Position numbers and translations under genes: made by a program. This document shows positions 11,701 to 22,198 of a DNA stretch of 64,000 nt, piece after piece. Every line of letters starts with the position of its first letter. Within the stretch, counting starts at the first letter, position 1. Origin of the DNA: Azolla caroliniana (lineage: Eukaryota; Plantae; Polypodiophyta); contig JBHGNT010000005.1 in NCBI GenBank assembly GCA_043228905.1, positions 17,360,001 through 17,424,000 of the forward strand, written 5' to 3'. Below the pieces are notes generated by a model. It was given only the letters and a program-made list of their open reading frames with translations, was not told the origin of the DNA and ran no database searches.

Positions 11701-14700
11701 ATGTCTAGCCAAATGGAAGGGGAAGAAGGGTGTTTAGAATTACCCCTCAATGATCATAAGGATAGGGATGATGTTATCAGGACACAACAAGCCATACGAA
11801 ACTATTGGGCAGAAAAAAAAAGGAAACATCGTCAATTGTTGAAGGATACGAAAGCCACACTCAGTAAAGGTAAGGATAGTTTAGCTGAGAATGTAAGTAA
11901 TGCGACTACCATCATAGAGAGAAAGGTTGTAGACTATTTCAATGTTCAAACCAAGCACATCAGCAATGAAGAAAAGAAGGTAGTACTTTATGGAATATGT
12001 AATGATCCATCGATAAAGGACTTAGTTGATTGTGATGGTCTTAATGCAAACATATCATCTATTTTAGTAAATAATCTTCGTAATAGTTTCGTATCCATGA
12101 GCAGGTCAGAAGATGATCTTGTCTTAAAAAGGTCTAGTCTAATGATGTTACTTAATAGTGATGTTGACGATATAAACATCAGTGAGCTATCTAAGGTAAT
12201 TGGTGTTAGTAGAAAAACAGTGTACAATACAATGAACCGTATAATTTCCTCGGGTGAAGGAACTAGTCTACTAAAGCTAACTACAAGATGTAAGCCAATG
12301 ACACCCATAACATTTGAAATCAAGGATGTAATCACAATGTTTTGGACTAATGAGAGTAGGGTTTCACCCAATAAAAAGGATTTATGCAGGAAACGTGTTG
12401 GAAGAAATCAATACGAGGAGCATCCCATTCATCTTCTTGATGTACCTCAGGTATTTACATTTATCTCAACATTTGTTTTGACTCTACTCGGAAAGTTAAT
12501 TAGCTCAGTTAGCAGAAAAGCTAATTAGCTTATCAGTTACATTTACCTCAGTTAACTACTAGGATCGCTACTACATAGGTAACTAGCTACTCTCAATAGT
12601 TACTACCATGATAGCTAATTAGCTATTCTCAATAGCTAATTTAGGTACTACCAGATAATTAGCTGTACTACTAGCTAGTTAGCTATCATGGTAGCTAGTT
12701 AGCTATTTCGTTATTACCAGCTAATTAGCTACTAGGAAAGCTAATTAGCTACCATGATAGCTAATTAGCTACTATGATAGCTACTACATAGGTAACTGGC
12801 TACTCTCAATAGCTACTACCATGATAGCTAATTAGTTAGGATAGCTAATTAGCCACCATTATAGCTAATTAGCTACTAGACCAGCTAATTAGCTACCATG
12901 ATAGCTAATTAGTTACTAGGACAGTTAATTAGCCACCGTGATAGCTAATTAGCTACCATGATAGCTAATTAGCTACTAGAGCAGCTAATTAGCTACCATG
13001 ATAGCTAATTAGCTACTAGGACAACTAATTAGCTACTAGGACAGCTAATTAGCTACCATGATAGCTAATTAGCTACTACGACAGCTAATTAGCTACCATG
13101 ATAGCTAATTAGCTACTAGAATAGCTAATTAGCTACTAGAATAGCTAATTAGCTACCATGATAGCTAATTAGCTACTACGATAGCTAATTAGCTACCATG
13201 ATAGCTAATTAGTTACTAGGAAAGCTAATTAGCCACCATGATAGCTAATTAGCTACTAGACAAGCTAATTAGCTACCATGATAGCTAATTAGTTACTAGG
13301 AAAGCTAATTAGCCACCATGATAGCTAATTAGCTACCATGATAGCTAATTAGTTACTAGGAAAGCTAATTAGCCACCATGATAGCTAATTAGCTACTAGA
13401 GCAGCTAATTAGCTACTACGACAGCTAATTAGCTACTAGGATAGCTAATTAGCTACTAGAATAGCTAATTAGCTACTAGAATAGCTAATTAGCTACCATG
13501 ATAGCTAATTAGCTACTACGACAACTAATTAGCTACCATGATAGCTAATTAGCTACTAGGACAACCAATTAGCTACTAGGACAGCTAATTAGCTACTAGG
13601 ATAGTTACCTAGTTACGAGAATAACTAATTCCCCTTTATTACGCAGGTCGATTTATTTATTAGGTTCAAACGAATGCATCCAACTATCAAAGTTCAACTA
13701 CGAACATTCGAGTCTCTTAAGCCACACTTTGTGAGACGCTTAAAGGATCGATACACATGTTGTTGCATTTACCACGTACAGATGGGTTTTCTGAAGGACT
13801 CTGTTAATCTACTACGTCACCATAGCGCATCCCTAACTAATACAGTTTGCACATGTGGGTGCCCAATCTGTCGATCAAGCCCGCAAGAGGAGTGTAAATC
13901 ATCTGAGCACGTTATCTCTTCCATGAGTTATTTATTAGATTCAATATTGTGTCCGAGAGAATCTGACGCTATCTTCCATATTCATAAATGTGTCATGGGT
14001 TTATGTCAAGATTGTGGCCCTACTAGATTTAGGTGGTGTCCAAATGAATTGAGTAGTGAAATATTGATCTCTGTGAAGTTATTTGAGTCAGTGAACACCA
14101 ATTTCGAAGGAAAGGTGTGTAAAAGAAAGGATCTAGTTTGGAAGATGCTTAAACCAAGGGATTTGGTGTCTCTGTTTGTAGTATCTCTAGGAAAGTTCAT
14201 TAAACACAACTTCATTTATTCATGGCAGGCCCATCAGTTTAAGACTTGCATATCTGATTTCCCAAATGATGTAGTAGTCTCAGTAGTAGATTTCGCAGAG
14301 AATTATACTTTCAAGCAGCAGAATGAAATTCAATCTATGCATTGGTGTTCAGTTCAGGTAACCATTTTTGTGCACATAACATATTTTCGAGTTTCAGGTG
14401 ATGTTAAAAAAGTAATTCATTTCTTTATTTCCGATGATAAGAAGCATGATACCTTGTTCGTCCAACACTGTTTTAAGTTACATTGGCAGTGGTTATTAGC
14501 TCAACGTTTGGAGCTTACTCAACATTGGGTCTGGTCTGACGGAGCTGCGTCACAATTCAAGGCTCGACGTCCATTTTATTTTGTGGGGAGGTATCCTGCT
14601 ATAACAGGTTTGGAGATGAGATGGAATTTTTTTGGGTCTGGCCATGGTAAAGGTGAACATGATGGTGCAGGGGCTGTTATAAAGCGGGCACTTACCCATG

Positions 14701-15488
14701 AACAACTAAAGACAAATGGTGTGCACATGAATTGTGCATCACATGTAGTTGAATTTTTAAGAACAAATATGTCGACGAGTGCCACAGGTGTTTATTCCTC
14801 GCAAGTTCGAGATATCAAACGTGAATTTTGGGAAGTGAAGATAGATGAAGTAAATAGGGAGAAGACCTGGGAGTGCCAAGGAATTCCCGAATTGCGATCT
14901 CTGCATGCTGTTCGCGGTTATTCCAGGTTGGATGGTCATTGTATTGCGGTTAGAGAATTGACTTGTTTTTGCTTCCATTGTGTGCAGGGAAATTGGAGAT
15001 ATTGTCTAAACAAAGCATACATTCAGAATTGGGAGTATCACACTCTGAATGATAAGGAAGCAGTTGATGGAGAAACAGGGCAGAATGCTGACTTCACATA
15101 TGAGGGACTTGGAGATACTTTGAGTGATGTCCTGAACATTGGGGATAACTTCGCTGTAAATGCTGAAGAAGGCAATTCAGAGGGTGCTGATTTCTATATA
15201 TTAAAGTGCACGGTTAGTAAACAGTGTGCAAGGGAGAATATTGTAGATGCATGGGGAAATTTTGTATCTGCCGGGACATTCTACATCGAAGGCATTTTTT
15301 ATGCAAAACTAGATGACTACGAATATGTGTACAGGCTGTTAGAAGACAAACCAGCGGCGTATATGTACTCTCATTTGGTCAGATGCATCAACGTCCCAAT
15401 GTCAGAATACAATAGCTGCTCCGGTTTATACACTGTTGGTGCTAATGTGTATGAATGTATTTACAATAGTATGCCATGGAATTTGTAG
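11701..15488 (+). CDS. Sola2-like transposase, 2 exons (11701-12450, 13647-15488), about 863 aa
   Basis: CAG|GTATTT donor and TTATTACGCAG|GTC acceptor join in phase 0 (DVPQ-VDLFIRFKRMHP). Cys-rich region, then putative DDD triad DFAENY / SDGAASQFK / HGKGEHDG. No stops. Confidence 0.82.
12520..13630. repeat. array of palindromic AGCTAATTAGCT (about 21-bp period) filling the transposase intron
   Basis: Dozens of TAGCTAATTAGCTA copies with ACCATGAT or ACTAGGAC linkers. Confidence 0.95.
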
Positions 15489-15960
15489 CTACAAGTAGCA
15501 CTTACCATGTTCTCTTGTAAAACAAACATGTATTTCGCGAAAACAGATCAATAAATTCGTTTGGAATCAATTTCTTGTATACAGTCTGCTTTCTGTGCTT
15601 CTTTCTCAATAAAATCATGTCTTTTTTGTTAAGTTTTAAGTTATAAGTTATAGCGAAATAGTCATCAGTAGCTAATTAGCTGTACAAATGCAGCTAATTA
15701 GCTGTACAAATGTATTTACAATAGTATGCCATGGGATTTGTAGCTACAAGTAGCACTTACCATGTTCTCTTGTAAAACAAACATGTATTTCGCGAAAACA
15801 GATCAATAAATTCGTTTGGAATCAATTTCTTGTATACAGTCTGCTTTCTGTGCTTCTTTCTCAATAAAATCATGTCTTTTTTGTTAAGTTTTAAGTTATA
15901 AGTTATAGCGAAATAGTCATCAGTAGCTAATTAGCTGTACAAATGCAGCTAATTAGCTGT
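15454..15960 (+). repeat. 255-bp tandem duplication of the transposase last codons and 3' UTR
   Basis: AATGTATTTACAATAGTATGCCATGG... begins at 15454 and again at 15709. Confidence 0.9.
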
Positions 15961-16090
15961 CAATAGCTAAATAGTCATCAATAGAATGAAATCAACAATC
16001 TGCAACATATTCCTCAAATTACACAGTAGATAAGTACAGTGGGAACAAGTAATTAAATTCTTCATTGAATAATGTCATCTCTTTACATAT

Positions 16091-17145
16091 TTATAAATTA
16101 CCATTGGAAATGTCTACAAATCTCCTATAAACAGCTAAGCTCTTGCTAGTCAGTGGAACGAGTCTACATATATTATCCGCATATTGAGCTCGGTATGGAG
16201 TCCACAACCATGCACCTAGTTGGCAGCTCACTGTTTGCACCAGGTACTGTTCAGGCATTTCCTCGGGTAGAATGAGACAGCATCTCCGAATATTGAAGTA
16301 GTGTCGGAAATGTTCTGTATCCAAAATCAATGTATTGTCAGCATTATATTCAGGCCAAGTAGCCCAAAAATCAGAAAGCCTCTTGAATCTTGCAGCTTCC
16401 ATCTGCTCACAATTTTCTCGTGCCCATTGACCTTTAAAACGACTTCGCCATTTTGGGAAGAATCTTGCCAAACACTTCCACACATCTGATTTTGGTTTTT
16501 CACTCCAAATAAACAAATCGAAGTACTCCACAGCCCACTCTAGAAACTGATTTGCGTCCCTCCTTGGCTGCATATATCTCACACTCATCAAGACTTTATG
16601 AAGCTCCAAGATCAAGGCTCTTCGCTCGACTTCTAGTGGTTTAGGTTTCCATTCCTGAAACTGAGCCGCTGTTACACCATTTTCTGGTAGGATACGATCA
16701 ATCTCAATCAGCTCAGGTTCGGCTGACACAACTGGTGTCCTTTTCCTCTTTAAACCCCTAGTCGACTGTGTTGGGCCTAGCTTCACATTCTGGTGCTCTT
16801 GTTTTGTCGACTTAGTTATCAATCCTTGGATTACCTCAGTGCATGTAGCTACTGTTCTGCTCGATATCAGTCCACTGGTATCACATGCTGCATCTACCTG
16901 CAACACCAAGTCATCCGTGCTACATGTTGCATCTACCTGCAACACCAAGTCATCCGTGCTACATGCTGCATCTACCTGCAACACCAAGTCATCCGCGCTA
17001 CATGCTTGATCAACTTGTGTGACCAGATCACTTGTGTCAGTTGCTACATCTACTTTCAAGATGGGGCCCTTTAAACATGCCGCAACATCAACAGTATCCA
17101 CACTGCCATTGGCCTTACGAGCAATAGAATCAAACCCTTTAGACT
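16091..17145 (-). CDS. FCP1/NIF-like HAD phosphatase-fold protein, catalytic motif degenerate; 5' exon unresolved
   Basis: ALILELHKVL...PR...FLEWAVEYFDLFIWS...W.RENC...KRLSDFW...YNADNTLILDT follows the FCP1-homology layout. 13-aa repeats lie upstream. Strong acceptor TTGCAG| at 17146. Confidence 0.6.
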
Positions 17146-17394
17146 CTGCAACATCAGAAAACACCAACATATTCACACTCACAAAGTAACTACTAGTCTC
17201 ACAAAACAATATCCTGAACATCAAAGAGTTTCAGTCATAGAACAACACTCTTCAAATTATCTTGGAAAAACATCATAGAGTTCCATTACATAATGTGGAT
17301 CAAGCAACAACCAATCTGAGGTTTTACTTGTCCAACAGGATAGTAAAACTTCATAAAACCCTAGCAAAATCCCTAAGCTAACAATCATATCCAA

Positions 17395-20300
17395 CTAAAC
17401 AGTATTTCGCTCCACTACGTCTGGGCCCCTTGACCGAGTAACTGGTCTTGTTCCCGATCGTGGCCCCTTCTTCAGCCTTTTTCTGGTTGGTTCCCCATTT
17501 AGCCTTGCTTCTAGGACCCAATGCGCAAGTGTGTCCTCCTCCGACAACCTTCCCATCGCCTCAGCAGCTAATTGCACATCAGCCGTTTCTTGAACTAGCT
17601 TTTCAAGTACAGAGGGATTTGTTTGGACATTTTCAGTAGTTGGGCTCGGTGGGGTGGAATCAAGGTCTTGAGACTCGAAGAAATGTTGCATCAAGTGTTC
17701 ATAAACACTGTTGTTGTGAACCTCAGTTTTACATGTTGTTTCCACTATTTCATGGCATTTCACATCGTTGCCTAATTCAGTACACTGTTCCAAAAGAATA
17801 GGGTGCAGCTGATCTGAAGGAGATGTGATAGCAGGACTCTTACTTTCAGCCACATTGGCAGTAGTATCCTCATCTGTTGCAGCATCATCAGCACCAGACA
17901 CATCATGTGCCGTCCTTAATCCACAAGATTCTACAATAACATGACAGTTATTTAGGATAGCTAATTAGCTACTTTACTAAACTATGGTAGAAGCTAGGAT
18001 AGCTAATTAGCTAGTACGATAGCTAATTAGCTAGTATGATAGCTAATTAGGTACTTTACTCAACTATGGTAGTAGTTAGGATAGCTAATTAGGTACTTTA
18101 CTCAACTATGGTAGTAGTTAGGATAGCTAATTAGGTACTTTACTCAACTATGGTAGTAGTTAGGATAGCTTATTAGCTACTAGGACAGCTAATTAGCTGC
18201 CAGTAGCTAATTAGCTACTAGGATAGCTAATTAGCTGCCAGTAGCTAATTAGCTACTAGGATAGCTAATTAGCTGCCAGTAGCTAATTAGCTACTAGGAT
18301 AGCTTATTAGCTACTTTACACAACTATGGCAGTAGCTACTAGGATAGCTAATTCGCTAGTAGGATAGCTAATTAGTTGCCAGCAGCTAATTAGCTAGTAG
18401 GATAGCTAATTAGCTACTAGGATAGCTAATTAGTTGCCAGTAGCTAATTAGCTAGTAGGATAGCTAATTAGGTACTTTACTCAACTATGGTAGTAGCTAA
18501 TTAGCTAGTAGGATAGCTAATTAGGTACTTTACTCAACTATGGTAGTAGCTAATTAGCTAGTAGGATAGCTAATTAGCTACTAGGATAGCTAATTAGCTG
18601 CTAGTAGCTAATTAGCTACTAGGATAGCTTATTAGCTACTTTACACAACTATGGCAGTAGCTAATTAGTTACTAGGATAGCTAATTAGTTGCCAGTGGCT
18701 AATTAGCTAGTAGGATACCTAATTAGCTTTTTTACACAACTATAGTACTAGCTAATTAGCTAGTACCATAGCTAATTACCTACTAGGATAGCTAATTAGC
18801 TAGTAGGATAGCTTATTAGCTACTTTACACAACTATAGTAGTAGCTAGGATAGCTAATTAGCTACTATGGTAGCTAATTAGCTACTTTACTCAACTATGG
18901 TAGTAGCTAGGATAGCTAATTAGCTACTTTACTAACTATGGTAGTAGCTAGGATAGCTAATTAGCTACTTTACTAACTATGGTGGTAGCTAGGATAGCTA
19001 ATTAGCTACAATGAAAGCTAATTAGCTACTTTCTCAACTATGTAGTAGCTAGGATAGCTTATTAGCTACTAGGACAGCTAATTAGCTGCCAGTAGCTAAT
19101 TAGCTACTAGGATAGCTTATTAGCTACTTTACACAACTATGTCAGTAGCTAATTAGCTACTATGATAGCTAATTAGCTAGTAGGATAGCTAATTAGTTGC
19201 CAGTAGCTAATTAGCTAGTAGGATAGCTAATTAGCTTTTTTACACAACTATGGTACTAGCTAATTAGCTAGTACCATAGCTAACTAGCTACTAGGATAGC
19301 TTATTAGCTACTTTACACAACTATGTCAGTAGCTAATTAGCTACTATGATAGCTAATTAGCTAGTAGGATAGCTAATTAGCTAGTAGGATAGCTAATTAG
19401 TTGCCAGTAGCTAATTAGCTAGTAGGATAGCTAATTAGCTTTTTTACACAACTATGGTACTAGCTAATTAGCTAGTACCATAGCTAACTAGCTACTAGGA
19501 TAGCTTATTAGCTACTTTACACAACTATGGCAGTAGCTAATTAGTTACTAGGATAGCTAATTAGTTGCCAGTGGCTAATTAGCTAGTAGGATAGCTATTT
19601 AGCTTTTTTACACAACTATGGTACTAGCTAATTAGCTAGTACCATAGCTAATTAGCTACTAGGATAGCTAATTAGCTAGTAGCTCATTAGCTGCCAGTAG
19701 CTAATTAGCTAGTAGGATAGCTAATTAGAAAAGACTAAGCTTATTAGCTACAGTATGGTATACCTGTTTGTTTTCTCCACTCATTTGGTAGAGTTGTACT
19801 GCAATCTCCCAAACAGAATGTAGCAATTCGACAGGCATGTTGAAAACAAAGTAGATGGTATGTGTGGTTGCATGGTTGTAGGTGAACCAACAAAGACGCA
19901 GTTTTGTCCTCCACACCTAACCCGCAAGCGATGCAACGTGCTTGAACTGTCAATAAATCATTTTCTGGTTCTACTTCATTTGGTAAGGGAGCAAGAATGT
20001 TCAGGTCCAAATCCTGTCTGGTCCTTACCATTCCCTCCACAAAATGTAGCTTCTTCTTAAGGCAGCTAACTACCTGTTCTTGATGAATGTATTGTTCCTT
20101 CAACGCAACAGAGAAATTTACCGATTAATTATTCTTGTTGTTGAAAGATACACCAACTTTGCTCAGGAATCGTTAACTTACTTGAAGCTTATCCAAATTG
20201 TAATCTGCAACAGTATTTACACCTAGAAGGTCCAGGTTCATTGAAAGAACCTGGATCTCTATTTGCAGTTCTATTTTACGTTGGGGATCCAGTGGCCCCT

Positions 20301-21643
20301 CTAATTCAAGCTCCTGTTGCGCAACCTATTCCAGATAATGCTTGATTAGCACATTTTACCCGTTATTTATAACACAATCACATACCAGCAAAACAATAGT
20401 TACCTGAATCTTATTTCTAATTGTTGTAACAGCAGAAGTAACTTTGCTCTCCATTGCAGAAGCCATTGTGGCTTTCTCTAAATCAGTCTTAAAAATGCCA
20501 ATGTCTCACAGGCTTCATGGACATTTTTTAGCATATAGCTAACCAATGTCTCACCTGTATCATCGACATTGGCTTTCCTTGGGTGTCGGTGTGGTGTATG
20601 CCCCCGGTCTTGCTGGGAGTCGGCAGTTGCATCAACAGCTGCCATGCTCCAAAATCTGTCTATTTTTTGTGCCAAGGTCCCCATCTTTCGGCATCTTTTT
20701 ACCGATGCCTCACCATAGACTGCCCAAGCTACCCTATACATTTCAGGGTCTCTAGATTCCTTCGCTGTTTTGCAGTACTCATATGCAAATGCTCTAGCAA
20801 ATGAAACTGACAACTCATTGTTGACTGGGATCTCCTGATGAACTTTCTGGTGCAGTCTCATGCAGTCATCGTACAAGTCGGCTCGTACATGCTTCAGCTT
20901 GACCTTGCCTTTGACTCTAGGCACTGTATATACTGTCATCCAGTCTATATCACTAATCAATTTATCACTTAGGACAGCAGGGTCAACACCCTCGAGTGAC
21001 AGACCATAGGTGTTGTGGAAGTCCTCCTTTGTCTCGCAAAATTTTGCGAAGTTTAGCACTCTCGTATACGGAGGAACGAGCCATCTGAAATATCATTTCA
21101 GAAATCAGAAATAGTGCAAAATCAGAATATGTGAGAATCAAAAACCCCAATCAACAACAACAAAAATGGTGCAAAATCTTTAACTTAGCAAATCAGAAAC
21201 CCTAATCATAATTTGTATTCAGAAATTTGAAATCAGAAACCCTAATCAAAATCTGTAATCAGAAGTTTGAAATCAGAAACCCTAATCAAAATCTGTAATC
21301 AGAAGTTTGTAACCAGAAACCTTATTCAGAAATTCTAATCAGAAATTTATAATCAAAAACCCTAATCAGAAATTTCAATCAGAAACCCTAATAAAAAATT
21401 TCAATCACAAACCCTAATCAGAAATCCTAAGCAGAAATTTATAAACAAAAACCCTATTCAGAAATTCTAATTTGTAATCAAAATTTGTAACCAGAAACCC
21501 TATTCAGAAATTCTAATCAGAAATTTATAATCAAAAACCCTAATCAGAAATTTCAATCACAAACCCTAATCACTAAAGACATGATTAAACACAAAAAAAG
21601 TAATATAAACACACCTGTTGCTACTCCCCGATTTGCGAGACAT
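17395..21643 (-). CDS. six-exon gene, about 548 aa: unknown N-domain, coiled coil, RING-like finger, acidic tail and basic NLS-like end
   Basis: Exons 21643-21615, 21084-20555, 20477-20404, 20325-20182, 20097-19764 and 17930-17395. All introns are GT-AG and phase-compatible (1647 nt total). RING-like CIAC...PCNH..H..C...C...C. Confidence 0.68.
17955..19750. repeat. second AGCTAATTAGCT palindrome array filling intron 19763-17931
   Basis: About 1.8 kb of TAGCTAATTAGCT with GGA / CTTTACACAACTATGG linkers. Confidence 0.95.
21190..21575. repeat. AAACCCTAATCAG (telo-box-like) degenerate repeats in predicted intron 1 of the RING-like gene
   Basis: About a dozen AAACCCTA(A/T)TC motifs. Confidence 0.8.
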
Positions 21644-22198
21644 CCTTGTATGGGACTCCAAGGACTTCGCCCTATTCGATTTTGGGGAAATATGAATCGG
21701 CACCAAAGTTCAGACAGTAGTCAAAAAGAAAAAACAAATGTTTGGGGTTTCTGTAACTGAAACATACCTAGACGATGATCGAGCGGGTTCTGTGTTGTAG
21801 CTCTCAATCTGCAATGTCGATTTTTTGCTGTTGCGGGAGCTACACGTCTGCGTTCGTGCTCTGAGTACTCCATCTGCGTTCAAAATCAGACTTAGGCTAA
21901 ACAGGAAATTGATGACATTGAAGTCGACCTTAGATGATGGTGATATTCCCCAAGTTCCACTACGTCTGAAACAAAAGTTCAAATATTTGAGTTTTTTCAT
22001 AAATTAGTTTTTCAAATATTTGATTTTCCCACAAGAAAGACTAGCTAAACAAATAGCTAATTAGCTATGGCCATTTTAGTAGCTAATTAGCTATAATAGT
22101 GTTTCCACTCGCATGCTTTTACCCAGATCTAAACTTGAGTCCACCCCAAACAACCCCCGATGAAGTGCCGCACACTTTAAGCAATCTTTAAAAAAAAA

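Larger units (their letters stand above)
10361..22124 (+). mobile_element. Sola2-like DDD DNA transposon, 11,764 bp, with cargo genes
   Basis: TIR GGGTGAAAGCATGCGAGTGGAAACA at 10361-10385 and its inverse at 22100-22124 (1 mismatch). 4-bp TSD AGAT at 10357-10360 and 22125-22128. GRG terminus and transposase motifs. Confidence 0.82.
5571..22198 (+). mobile_element. Penelope-like retroelement without visible endonuclease (about 4.9 kb net), 5'-truncated, split by the Sola-like transposon
   Basis: GGTTTGATAAAGAATGTCGTGAAGC is duplicated at 5546-5570 and 22199-22223. A-run at 22189-22198. PLE-type RT. Confidence 0.8.

Noticed and set aside
19744-20103. stand-alone 119-aa RING ORF
   Set aside because: It is better explained as an internal exon (20097-19764) with phase-matched splice sites.
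21190-21575. true telomere or interstitial telomeric array
   Set aside because: The AAACCCTA motifs are isolated by other sequence rather than tandem TTTAGGG.
22156-22182. second hammerhead (CCGATGA-AGTG-CCGCA-CACT)
   Set aside because: GAAA and stem III are missing; it can only be called a small hairpin before the A-tail.
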